Positions 8,640 through 17,511 of a DNA stretch of 64,000 nucleotides are shown here, piece after piece. Source of the stretch: Thermoanaerobaculia bacterium (lineage in GTDB: Bacteria > Acidobacteriota > Thermoanaerobaculia > Multivoradales > UBA5704); NCBI GenBank assembly GCA_044226625.1, contig JBGAGQ010000017.1:23978-87977 (forward strand), in the 5' to 3' direction. Positions within the stretch are counted from its first letter, which is position 1. Each line of letters starts with the position of its first letter. The position numbers were made by a program, and so were the translations under genes. The notes beneath the pieces are model-generated. The model was not told the DNA's origin. It ran no database searches and saw only the letters and a program-made list of their open reading frames with translations.

Positions 8640-10463
8640 ATGGCGAGCCTTGTGAAACGACCGAAAACTCTCTTCTCCAGCGCATCGCTCGCCGCGAGCT
8701 TGTCCCTGTTCTGCGCCGCCTCGGCCCTGTCGGCCGCCGCGCCGCCGCGATCCCGTACACCGGGGACGCCCATGCCCCACCTACCCTCGGCCCCGGCCGC
8801 CGCGGCTCCTCGAGAGGACGCCGCCGACCTCGTTTTCGAGCATGGCGTCTTCTACCCGGTCGACGTCCCGGGGCCCGTGCGTGGGAGCCTTGCGGTGCGC
8901 GAGGGAAAGATCGTCTACCTCGGCCCCGAGGAGACCGCCAAGCCGTTCCTCGGTCCGAAGACCCGGAGGATCGACCTCCGCGAACGGGCCGTCACCCCGG
9001 GTCTGATCGACGCGCACTCCCACCTCCTGGGTCTCGGTCGCGATCTGTCCCAGGTGGATCTGCGCGGCGCGACCTCGTTCGAAGAGGTCGTGCGGCGCGT
9101 CCGCGCCGCGGCGGCGAAGGTGCCCGCCGGATCCTGGGTCCGTGGCCGGGGATGGGACCAGAACCTTTGGCCCGGCCAGGCGTTTCCCGAGCATGGGGCG
9201 CTTTCGGCGGCCGTTCCCGACCATCCGGTCTGGCTCTCCCGGGTCGACGGCCACGCCGCGTTGCTCAACGAGCGGGCGCTCGAGCGGGTAGGGCTCGACG
9301 ATACGGCCAAAGATCCGTCGGGAGGCCGCTATCTCCGTGACGCCGCCGGACATCTTTCCGGCGTCCTGGTCGACAACGCGATGGACGTGCCGCCGAGCGA
9401 TGTCGCGCATCCCGGGCGAAATCCGTTCGACGCCAGCCCGGCCGAGCTCCAAGACGCGTTGGCCGCCGCTGGACGAGTCTGCGTGTCGCTCGGCCTCACG
9501 ACGGTGACCGACATGGGAGTGGACGGCGAGGCGATCGCCGCCTACCGCGCCCTGCGCGAGAAGAAAGCGCTCGCGCCGCGCGCGGCGCTCTTCCTGACCG
9601 ACGATCCCAACCTCCTGCAGAAGTGGTTCGAGCACGGTCCGCTGCTCGATCCGGAGGCGCGGCTCACGGTACGCGGCGTCAAGCTGTACGCCGACGGCGC
9701 GCTCGGCAGCCGCGGCGCGGCGCTGATCGAGCCGTACGCGGACGATCCGGGCAACGTGGGCTTGCTCACCGCCGGCCAAGATCACATGGCCGATATCGTC
9801 CGCCGCGCGGTGGGCGCGGGATTCCAAGTCGGAATCCATGCGATCGGCGACCGCGGCAATCTGGTGGCGCTGGACGCGCTCGAGCAGGGCCTCACCCGCC
9901 ACGCCTCGAACCGCTCGCTGGCGCCCGGCGATCCTCGCTGCCGGATCGAGCACGCGCAGGTGATGCGGTTGTCCGACATCCAGCGGATGGCGCGTCTCGG
10001 CATCATCGCCTCGATGCAGCCGACGCACGCGACCTCCGACATGCCGTGGGCGCCGGCGCGGCTCGGCGAGCGCCGGCTCGCGGGGGCGTACGCCTGGAGG
10101 AAAGTGCTCGCCGCGAACGGCCGGCTCGCTTTGGGCAGCGATTTTCCGGTCGAGTCTCCCGACCCGCGCCTGGGGCTCTACGCCGCGGTCACCCGGCAGG
10201 ATCTCCAGGGAAACCCGGCCGGAGGCTGGCTTCCGGACGAGAAGCTCACCCGCACCGAGGCGCTGCGCGGCTTTACGCTCGACGCCGCCCGGTCGATCTT
10301 CCTCGACGACCAGGTGGGCTCGCTCACGGTCGGCAAACGGGCCGACCTCGTGGTGTGGGGACGAGATCCCATGGAGGTCCCCGAGCGCGAGATCCCCGCG
10401 GCCGAGATCGATTTCACCTACGTCGACGGCGCGGCGGTCTACGCCCGCCCGGGAGCGAAGTGA
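8640..10463 (+). CDS. Secreted amidohydrolase-3 family metal-dependent hydrolase (YtcJ-like)
   Basis: 607 aa. N-terminal signal-like segment. GLIDAHSHLLG HxH motif, GWDQNLW, HAIGD, and a C-terminal GSDFPVE motif. Confidence 0.85.
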   Translation: MASLVKRPKTLFSSASLAASLSLFCAASALSAAAPPRSRTPGTPMPHLPSAPAAAAPREDAADLVFEHGVFYPVDVPGPVRGSLAVREGKIVYLGPEETAKPFLGPKTRRIDLRERAVTPGLIDAHSHLLGLGRDLSQVDLRGATSFEEVVRRVRAAAAKVPAGSWVRGRGWDQNLWPGQAFPEHGALSAAVPDHPVWLSRVDGHAALLNERALERVGLDDTAKDPSGGRYLRDAAGHLSGVLVDNAMDVPPSDVAHPGRNPFDASPAELQDALAAAGRVCVSLGLTTVTDMGVDGEAIAAYRALREKKALAPRAALFLTDDPNLLQKWFEHGPLLDPEARLTVRGVKLYADGALGSRGAALIEPYADDPGNVGLLTAGQDHMADIVRRAVGAGFQVGIHAIGDRGNLVALDALEQGLTRHASNRSLAPGDPRCRIEHAQVMRLSDIQRMARLGIIASMQPTHATSDMPWAPARLGERRLAGAYAWRKVLAANGRLALGSDFPVESPDPRLGLYAAVTRQDLQGNPAGGWLPDEKLTRTEALRGFTLDAARSIFLDDQVGSLTVGKRADLVVWGRDPMEVPEREIPAAEIDFTYVDGAAVYARPGAK

Positions 10464-11194
10464 AGCCTTCGAAGCATCTAAGACTGGTTTTCGGGCTGGC
10501 GCTCGCGGCGGCGGCGGGCGGAGCGCGCGGTGACGAGCCGTCGCTCCTGCGCCACCAGATGGTCGAGCAGCAGATCCGCCAGCGCGGGATCACGGACAAG
10601 CCCGTGCTCTCGGCGATGGACCACGTGCCGCGCCATCTGTTCGTCCCGGGTGCGGTGCCCTCCGACGCCTACGCCGACAAGCCGCTGCCGTTCGGGCCGA
10701 AGGGCAAATGGGGGACGATCTACCAGCCGTACGTGGTGGCGTTGATGACCGATCTGCTCGAGCTCACGCCGAAAGACAAGGTGCTGGAGATCGGCACCGG
10801 CTCGGGGTATCACGCGGCGATCCTGTCGCGCCTCGCTCGTGAGGTCTATTCGGTCGAGATCTCGCAGGCCGTGGCCGACCAAGCGGCCCATCGCCTGGTG
10901 TTGTTGGGTTTCAACAACGTGGCGGTGCGAGTGGGAGACGGTTATCAGGGTTGGCCGGAGAAAGGTCCGTTCGACGCGATCCTGCTCTCGGCGGCACCAC
11001 CGGACGAGATTCCGAAACCGCTGCTCGCCCAGCTGAAAAATGGAGGCCGTTTGGTAGCGCCCGTCGGGGACTTCTTCCAGGACCTCCAACTGATCACCAA
11101 GCGCCAGGACGGCACGATCGAGAAGCGAACGGTGAGCCCGGTGAGTCTGGCGCCGATGACTGGCAAGGTTCGCGACGGGCAGAACCGGAAATAG
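10460..11194 (+). CDS. pcm: Protein-L-isoaspartate O-methyltransferase
   Basis: This is the last 245 codons of track ORF 9623..11194; the N-terminal 279 codons of that ORF are out-of-frame overlap with the amidohydrolase. GTG 10460 overlaps the upstream TGA. SAM motif VLEIGTGSGYHAAILS and a typical Pcm C-terminus. Alternative start at ATG 10559. Confidence 0.88.
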   Translation: MKPSKHLRLVFGLALAAAAGGARGDEPSLLRHQMVEQQIRQRGITDKPVLSAMDHVPRHLFVPGAVPSDAYADKPLPFGPKGKWGTIYQPYVVALMTDLLELTPKDKVLEIGTGSGYHAAILSRLAREVYSVEISQAVADQAAHRLVLLGFNNVAVRVGDGYQGWPEKGPFDAILLSAAPPDEIPKPLLAQLKNGGRLVAPVGDFFQDLQLITKRQDGTIEKRTVSPVSLAPMTGKVRDGQNRK

Positions 11195-11307
11195 CCCTCG
11201 CTTCGAACATTGAGTCCGCGTGAGCGCGCGGGGCGAAGACTTCGACGCCTTTCGGTGCGCAGAGGGTGTCGCGTACCCGGCGGAATTCCCTCGTATACTC
11301 CCACGCC

Positions 11308-12333
11308 ATGTCCATTACCTTTGGAATCTTCTTCGGTTTCGTGACCTGGTTCATCGTCCGCTACCTGCTCGCCGGCCTGTACACGGTCGACCAGAACGAG
11401 CGGGCGGTCAAAACCGTGCTCGGGCGCGCCCAGCGGTTGCCCGGACAGTCGACGTTGCAGGACCCGATCGCGCAGGCCCTGCGGCCCGACGAACGCGATC
11501 GCTACAACTACCCGCAGGTGCGCGTGATCCCGCCGGGCGGCCCCTATTTCCGCTGGCCCTGGGAGCGCGTGCACAAGATCTCGGTCGCGACCAACACGCT
11601 CAACATGGCGTTCGATCCCGAAACGCCGAGCGCGAACTCCGGCGGCAAGCTGCTCGAGGCGGTCACGAAGGACCAGCTCAACACGGGGCTCACCGGGCAG
11701 ATCCGGTATCGGGTCTCCGAGCGGAATCTCTACGCCTATCTGTTCGGGGTGAAGAACCCGATCGCCCACGTGATGGGATATTTCGTCTCGATCCTGCGGG
11801 AGCGCATCTCGAATTTCGAGGCGCCGCATCCGTCGGGGCCGGTCGATCTGGAGAATCCGGTGAGCCCGCCGGTCCAGCTCGAGAGCCAACCTCCCGAGGC
11901 GACCGTCGTTTCCGGCATCTCGATCAACGACCTGCGCAAGAACCTTCGCGATCTGAACGATCACATGGACCGGGAGTGCCGCTCGTCCGCCGCTCGCTAC
12001 GGCATCACCCTCGACGCCTCCTTGATCACCGAGATCGATCCGCCAGCGGAGGTCGAATCCGCGCTGGCCGCGATCAACACCGCGCACAACCACGTCTCCT
12101 CGGACATCAGCCTGGCGCACGCGGCGGCGGACCAGAAGATCGTCCAGTCCAAGCGCGCGGTCGAGATCGAAACGCTCAAGGCGGAGGGTGAGGTCGAGCC
12201 GCTGGTGCGGCTCGCCGAGCAGCTCTCCGATTTGAAGAGGCAGGGACCGCATGCCCTCTCGGCGTACCTGAGGAACGTGCGGCTCGGCCTGTTCGGCAAG
12301 GCGCAGGACGCCTTCGTGGAGGTGAAGCGATGA
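11308..12333 (+). CDS. SPFH/Band-7 domain membrane protein (HflK/HflC/stomatin-like) 1
   Basis: ORF 11266..12333 trimmed to ATG 11308 (MSITFGIFFGFVTWFIV TM anchor). This is followed by YTVDQNERAVKTVLGR, typical of SPFH N-termini, and a coiled C-terminal region. Confidence 0.8.
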   Translation: MSITFGIFFGFVTWFIVRYLLAGLYTVDQNERAVKTVLGRAQRLPGQSTLQDPIAQALRPDERDRYNYPQVRVIPPGGPYFRWPWERVHKISVATNTLNMAFDPETPSANSGGKLLEAVTKDQLNTGLTGQIRYRVSERNLYAYLFGVKNPIAHVMGYFVSILRERISNFEAPHPSGPVDLENPVSPPVQLESQPPEATVVSGISINDLRKNLRDLNDHMDRECRSSAARYGITLDASLITEIDPPAEVESALAAINTAHNHVSSDISLAHAAADQKIVQSKRAVEIETLKAEGEVEPLVRLAEQLSDLKRQGPHALSAYLRNVRLGLFGKAQDAFVEVKR

Positions 12334-13223
12334 GCTTCCTGATCGCTGCGTTCGTCACGTTCCTCGTGATGATGTTCCTGGTGCCGTTTCTCCTCTGGGT
12401 GGTGCGCGTCCTCGGCCTTTACGCGATCGTCTACGAGCGGACCTGCCGCGTCTACGTGTTGTTCGGCAAGGTGATCGGTGTCCTCGACGAGCCGGGCCTC
12501 CACATCCTGCTGTTCAAGCTCGGACCGGCGGCGTTCCTGGTCAACTGGCTGGGCAAGTGCCACGTGCTCGACATGCGCCTCGATCAGGAATACTTGCGAA
12601 GCCAGCCGGTCAACTCCGAGGAAGGCGCGCCGATGGGGATCGGCGTCTGGTACGAGATGTACATCTCGGATCCGGTCGCCTTCCTGTTCAAGAACACCGA
12701 TCCCCGCGGCTCGCTGCGCGCCAACGTCAGCAACGCGACGGTCCGTTGCCTGTCGAACATGAAACTCGCCGACATGCTGGAGACGCGCCATCAGATGAGC
12801 GCCACGGTGCGCGCCGAGGTGTCGGAGAAGTCGCACGAGTGGGGGTACAAGCTCGGCTCGGTCTACGTCCGCAAGGTCCACTTCCGCGACGGCGGCATGA
12901 TCCGGCAGATCGAAGAAAAGGTGGTCAACCGTCTGCGCCAGGTCACCTCGGCGATCAAGCAGGACGGCGCTAATCAAGTGAGCATCATCACCAGCACCGC
13001 CGAGCGCCAGGCGGCGATCGAGTTCGCCAAGGCGAGCGCGATGCGACCGCAGATCGTCGGCGCCGCCTTGAACCAGATCTCGAAGGATCCGGAGATCGAG
13101 GCCGCCCTCTTCGAGATCCTCGAAAATCAGCGCTTGGTCGAGGGGAACGCGCGCGTCACCCTGATGCCCGAGGGAGGCGAGCTGCTCACGAACCTGCTCG
13201 CGGGCGGAGCGAAGCGCCTCTGA
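12330..13223 (+). CDS. SPFH/Band-7 domain membrane protein 2
   Basis: 297 aa. N-terminal TM, SPFH core (VYERTCRVYVLFGKV..., GYKLGSVYVRKVHF) and an Ala/Glu-rich tail. ATGA overlap with the preceding SPFH gene. Confidence 0.8.
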   Translation: MSFLIAAFVTFLVMMFLVPFLLWVVRVLGLYAIVYERTCRVYVLFGKVIGVLDEPGLHILLFKLGPAAFLVNWLGKCHVLDMRLDQEYLRSQPVNSEEGAPMGIGVWYEMYISDPVAFLFKNTDPRGSLRANVSNATVRCLSNMKLADMLETRHQMSATVRAEVSEKSHEWGYKLGSVYVRKVHFRDGGMIRQIEEKVVNRLRQVTSAIKQDGANQVSIITSTAERQAAIEFAKASAMRPQIVGAALNQISKDPEIEAALFEILENQRLVEGNARVTLMPEGGELLTNLLAGGAKRL

Positions 13224-13304
13224 TCCGAGCCGAGAGAGGGGCGCCGGTCTCGAACGGTCGGCGCCCCTCGAAGCCTTCCCGCCTCCGAGGCTCCTTTCCT
13301 TTCG

Positions 13305-14375
13305 ATGAACGCCGCCAAGACCGTCACGCCGTCGCAGTTGATGGACTTCCTGCTCAACGTGGCGGTCGTCCGTCCGGTCTTCATTTGGGGGCCGCCGGGG
13401 ATTGGCAAATCGAGCCTGGTCGCTCGGTTCGCCGAGCAGCTGGGCCTGCACTGCGTTTCCCTCCTCGGCAGCCAGCTCGCGCCGGAGGACCTGATCGGCG
13501 TGCCGCAGGTGACCGACGGCGTGAGCCGCTTCTGCCCCCCGGCCGAAATCGCGCGGAACGAGCCGTACTGCCTCTTCCTCGACGAGCTAAACGCCTGCTC
13601 GCACGAGGTTCAGAAGGCGTTCTACAGCTTGATCCACGAGCGCCGGATCGGCGAGTACCGCCTGCCCGAAGGGTCGATCGTGATCGGCGCCGGGAACCGG
13701 GCCCAGGACAGCGCGATCGTCAAACCGATGTCATCGGCGCTGCTGAATCGGATGGTTCACGTCCACCTGACCGTTTCGCACCGCGACTGGATGGCCTGGG
13801 CGCACACGAGCGACGTCCACCCGTTGGTGATCGAATACCTCGAGCTTCGTCCCGATCAGCTCTGGAGCGCGCCGCCTAAACACGAGGAGCCGTTTTCGAC
13901 CCCGCGTTCTTGGCACATGTTGAGCGACGCGCTTCATCAGTTCGGGGCGGGCATCCGCGACGAGGAGATCGAAGCGCTCGCTTACGGTTGTCTTTCACCG
14001 CAGCACGCGACGCAGCTCAAGGCGTTCGCCAAGCAGAAGCGAAGCCGTTTCGCGCTCCATGCCATCTTGAAAGGCGATTCCGGGTGGCCGCACGATCCGG
14101 CGGACCGCGATGTCCTCTACTTCCTCTCGCAGTCGTTTCGGACGCATCTGCAGCGCGAGCTGCCGCAAGATCCGCAGGGACTTCAGCCGCAGCACAAACA
14201 GCTTGCCCATCGCGGCAAGGCACTGCTCAAGGAGCTGGCCGCGATCAGCCTGGAGATGGCGCAGTTGGTCGTGGCGGAGGAGGGTGGCGACGCCGCGGCG
14301 GGGAACCTGCCGAGCTGGTTCCTGGTCGAGGTCGTTCGCGACCTGCCGCGCTTGGTCGAGAAACGTGCCCCGTAA
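13305..14375 (+). CDS. MoxR-like AAA+ ATPase (AAA_5 type)
   Basis: Walker A WGPPGIGKSS, Walker B CLFLDELN, sensor region GAGNRAQDSAIVKPMSSALLNRM. Confidence 0.85.
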   Translation: MNAAKTVTPSQLMDFLLNVAVVRPVFIWGPPGIGKSSLVARFAEQLGLHCVSLLGSQLAPEDLIGVPQVTDGVSRFCPPAEIARNEPYCLFLDELNACSHEVQKAFYSLIHERRIGEYRLPEGSIVIGAGNRAQDSAIVKPMSSALLNRMVHVHLTVSHRDWMAWAHTSDVHPLVIEYLELRPDQLWSAPPKHEEPFSTPRSWHMLSDALHQFGAGIRDEEIEALAYGCLSPQHATQLKAFAKQKRSRFALHAILKGDSGWPHDPADRDVLYFLSQSFRTHLQRELPQDPQGLQPQHKQLAHRGKALLKELAAISLEMAQLVVAEEGGDAAAGNLPSWFLVEVVRDLPRLVEKRAP

Positions 14376-16185
14376 ACCGGAAAAGCGGCGCGAGGACCCG
14401 GCCGATCAGGCGTATCGGGAGGGGACCGACGCGATCCGCAATCATCCGCTGTTCCTGCCGCTCACCTTTCGCACGGACTTCTACCGCAACGTCCACCAAA
14501 ACCTCTGCCCGCCGGGTGGTTGGGCGGTCGCCAACGTGCGGGGCCTCGTCTACTGCCACCCCAAGCGGCGGGCGAGCCCGGAGGAGTGGACCTGGGTGAT
14601 CGGACACTGCCTGCTCCACTATGGATTCGGGCATTTTCAGACTCGAGCCCGTCCCGACCTTTGGAACGTTGCCTGCGACTTCTTCATCGACCGCTTTCTC
14701 GCCGATTTGAAGCTGGGCCGGCGCCCCGCGGAGATCCCCGAGCTGAAGCTTCCACCCGGGGCGCCCGCGACCTCGGAAAACGCGCTGTACGACTGGCTGT
14801 TCGAAAACGGCGTTCCCGTGGAGCTTCGCGGCGGCGGGACCGCCGGACCGGGAGCGTTGGACCTTTCGTTCGAGGTGGACCGATGGCGGGGCAAGCTCAC
14901 GCCATACGGCAAAGAGTGGAGGGACGCGCTGGGCGCGGGGCTGCGCAACGCCGTCGCAGCGGCGGTCGACGTCGCGGGAGGTAAAGCGGCGAGCCTCACC
15001 GGGGCTACGGGGCCGACCACTCCTGCCCAACGCGGAAGGTCTTGGTTCATGACCCGCTATCCGCTGCTGGGAGCGCTCGCGGCCTCGTTCCGGCTGATCG
15101 AAGACGGCGAGGTCTGCCGCCGCCTGGACGTCCACGTGGCGGCGGTCGACGCCGAGGCGCGCGAGCTCTACGTCAACCCGCAGATCGGCATGGACGACGG
15201 CGAGGCTCGCTTCGTGATGGCTCACGAGCTGCTGCACGTTGGCCTCCGCCATCAGGCTCGCTGCCAGGGGCGCGATCCGTTCCTCTGGAACGTCGCGTGC
15301 GACTACGTCATCAATGCCTGGTTGGTGGAGATGGACGTGGGACGGCCGCCGGCTTTCGGAGTGCTGCTCGATCCGGAGCTGAAGGGGCTTTCGGCGGAAG
15401 CGATCTACGACCGGATCGTCGGCGACCTCCGCCGGTTTCGGAAGATTTCGACCTTGCGCGGTGTGGGCGTCGGCGACATCCTTCCGGGCAGAAACCCGCG
15501 CTGGTGGCAGGTAGGGGAGGGGGTGGCGCTCGATGAGCTCTACCGCAACTGCCTGACCCAGGGGCTGCTCTGGCACCGCGACCAATGTCGCGGTCTCCTC
15601 CCCGCCGGCCTGATCGAAGAGATCGAGGCGCTCGCGCAGCCGGTGATTCCGTGGGACGTGCAGCTTGCGCAGTGGTTCGATCACCGGTTCCCGCCCAAGG
15701 AGAAACGGCGCACCTATGCCCGTCCGAGCCGGCGCCAGATGGCGACTCCCGATCTGCCGCGACCTCGCTTGGCGCCCCTCGACGACGGCTCGATCCGCAC
15801 CTTCGCGGTGGTCCTCGATACCTCCGGAAGCATGGATCGGAAGCTCCTGGCCAAGGCGCTCGGCGTGATCGCGAGCTATGCCGCCTCGCACGAGGTCGAC
15901 GCCGTGCGGCTCGTGTTCTGCGACGCCGCCGCGTACGACGAGGGCTACGTCCGTGCGGAGGACATCGCGGGCCGGGTGCGGGTCAAGGGCCGCGGCGGCA
16001 CCGTCCTCATGCCCGGTATCGAGCTCCTCGAGAAGGCCCCGGATTTTCCGCGAAGCGGGCCGATCCTGTTGATCACCGACGGTTTCTGCGACGACCTCAC
16101 GATTCGCCGTGACCACGCCTATCTCGTGCCGGCGGGGAACTCTCTGCCCTTCTCTCCACGAGGTCCGGTGTTCGGGATTTCGTGA
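14365..16185 (+). CDS. VWA-domain protein with tandem DUF2201_N-type zincin-like domains (MoxR partner)
   Basis: Track ORF 14110..16185 trimmed to in-frame GTG 14365, overlapping the MoxR stop. HELLH at 15223..15237. A degenerate HCLLH at 14605..14619. C-terminal VWA with MIDAS residues (VLDTSGSM, GGT, ITDG). Confidence 0.8.
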   Translation: MPRKPEKRREDPADQAYREGTDAIRNHPLFLPLTFRTDFYRNVHQNLCPPGGWAVANVRGLVYCHPKRRASPEEWTWVIGHCLLHYGFGHFQTRARPDLWNVACDFFIDRFLADLKLGRRPAEIPELKLPPGAPATSENALYDWLFENGVPVELRGGGTAGPGALDLSFEVDRWRGKLTPYGKEWRDALGAGLRNAVAAAVDVAGGKAASLTGATGPTTPAQRGRSWFMTRYPLLGALAASFRLIEDGEVCRRLDVHVAAVDAEARELYVNPQIGMDDGEARFVMAHELLHVGLRHQARCQGRDPFLWNVACDYVINAWLVEMDVGRPPAFGVLLDPELKGLSAEAIYDRIVGDLRRFRKISTLRGVGVGDILPGRNPRWWQVGEGVALDELYRNCLTQGLLWHRDQCRGLLPAGLIEEIEALAQPVIPWDVQLAQWFDHRFPPKEKRRTYARPSRRQMATPDLPRPRLAPLDDGSIRTFAVVLDTSGSMDRKLLAKALGVIASYAASHEVDAVRLVFCDAAAYDEGYVRAEDIAGRVRVKGRGGTVLMPGIELLEKAPDFPRSGPILLITDGFCDDLTIRRDHAYLVPAGNSLPFSPRGPVFGIS

Positions 16186-16195
16186 GGAAAGGCGA

Positions 16196-16224
16196 GCCGC
16201 CTCCCGCGCTCGACGGGAGGCGAC
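16196..16224. terminator. GC-rich hairpin between convergent genes (possible terminator, no U-tract)
   Basis: cgcctcccg / cgggaggcg 9-bp stem with a 7-nt loop, directly after the VWA gene stop. Confidence 0.35.
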
Positions 16225-16245
16225 TCGAGGAATCGATCGCCTCGG

Positions 16246-16557
16246 TCAGACCGTGATCGGAACCGCCACGGTCCAGTTCGCCCCGACCGCCGTGCTCGCC
16301 GGCGCGGTGTAGGTTTTGGGTACGCCGCCCGTGGTGAGGGTCACTTTGAACGCCTGCGGGCCGCCCCAGTTGATCCCCACCATGATGAGGGTGTAAGCAC
16401 CCGGCGCCAGGATGGCCTGCGGACGGACCGTGTAGCTCACGGGGTCGTTGTAGCCCGATTTGATGTGGCAAATCTCCGAGCTTCCGGCGGGAGTGGAGGC
16501 CAGGATGTAGAGCTCGTTGTCCGTGGCGCTGACTTCGATCTTCGTGGTCTGGGACAT
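16246..16557 (-). CDS. Hypothetical small protein (103 aa, predicted beta-rich, no signal peptide)
   Basis: The ORF has a normal, not Arg/Pro-rich, composition (MSQTTKIEVSATDNELYILAST...). It sits in an otherwise gene-free slot, divergent from the deiodinase-like gene. I recognised no family. Confidence 0.5.
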   Translation of the reverse strand: MSQTTKIEVSATDNELYILASTPAGSSEICHIKSGYNDPVSYTVRPQAILAPGAYTLIMVGINWGGPQAFKVTLTTGGVPKTYTAPASTAVGANWTVAVPITV

Positions 16558-16720
16558 GACGCGATCTCCGGTGCCCGTCCGTCGAGAATCATTTCTCGCC
16601 GGCTGACGGGGAAGATCCGGTCAGGCGTCCGATGGGTTAGTGCATTCCAAAGTCGAAAAGCCGCGCCGTCGTCGATCCTTCGGCTCCGGTCCGTGTCAAG
16701 ATCGCTCCCGGAGGAGCACC

Positions 16721-17383
16721 ATGAAACCATCCACCAAGAAGGCGATTCGCTGGACGGCGATCGGTCTGGGCCTGGTCGTCGTCGCGGGCGTCACCTGGGC
16801 CTTGGTCACGATCGGACCGAGCAACGTCTGGGGAATGCTGCGCTACGACACGCGGAAAGAGGGGAAGCTTCAGGTCGGGGACTCGGCGCCCGATGTGGCG
16901 CTCCTCGCGCTCGACGGGAAGACGCGCGTCCACCTGCGCGAACGGGTGGGTGAACGGCCGCTCATCGTCATCTTCGGCAGCTACACCTGACCGCCTTTCC
17001 GGCGCTCGGTCGAGCGCCTCATCGATCTCCACCGCCGCTACGGCGACAAGGCCACGTTCGTCGCGGTCTACATCCGCGAAGCGCATCCGACCGACGAGTG
17101 GCAGATGGAAAGCAACGAAAAGGAAGACGTCTGCTATCCGCAGCCAAAGAGCACCGCGGCGCGGGTGGCGATTGCGAACGATTTCGTCCGCCGCTTCCAC
17201 TTTCCAATCCCGCTTTTGGTCGACCCGATCGAGAATCCGGCAGACAAGGTCTACGCCGGTTGGCCCGAGCGCTTCTATGTGATCGACGAGCAAGGGACGA
17301 TCGTCTACAAGGGAAAGACCGGCCCGTTCGGATTCCACCCCGAAGAAGTCGACGCCTGGCTCGCGAAGCGGTTCGCGAGCTGA
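16721..17383 (+). CDS. Iodothyronine-deiodinase-like thioredoxin-fold selenoprotein (Sec encoded by TGA 16988..16990)
   Basis: Track ORFs 16640..16990 and 17105..17383 share one frame, and TGA 16988 is the only stop between them. Read-through gives LIVIFGSYT-U-PPFRRS, then VAVYIREAHPTDEWQ and ERFYVIDEQGTIVYKGKTGPFGFHPEEV. GGAGGAG RBS before ATG 16721. N-terminal TM helix. Confidence 0.85.
17001..17018 (+). promoter_or_regulatory. Bacterial SECIS-like hairpin for UGA 16988
   Basis: GGCGCUC-GGUC-GAGCGCC, a perfect 7-bp stem starting 10 nt after the UGA. The GGUC apical loop resembles the E. coli fdhF SECIS loop as I recall it. Confidence 0.65.
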
Positions 17384-17511
17384 AAACGTGGGAACTCCCG
17401 AGCCTTCGCCGAAGGACAGACGGACTGCGTCGGGCCTCGTTCCGGCTCGCCGATCTAGAATGAGCCAGGATCATCGCGGTTCGTTCCCCTTCGACCGAGG
17501 AGCCCTTCTTC

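Noticed and set aside
9623-10459. N-terminal 279 codons of track ORF 9623..11194
   Set aside because: This part is an out-of-frame overlap with the amidohydrolase gene and is Arg/Gly/Pro-rich. Only the part from 10460 onward encodes Pcm.
14110-14364. Upstream extension of the VWA/zincin ORF
   Set aside because: It overlaps the MoxR gene in another frame and has a shadow-like composition. In-frame GTG 14365 gives a coupled start just before the first recognisable domain.
16988-16990. The TGA interpreted as a genuine stop, or the gene interpreted as a pseudogene split in two
   Set aside because: The downstream frame stays open. It continues the deiodinase homology exactly at the catalytic Sec position, and a SECIS-like hairpin follows at canonical spacing.
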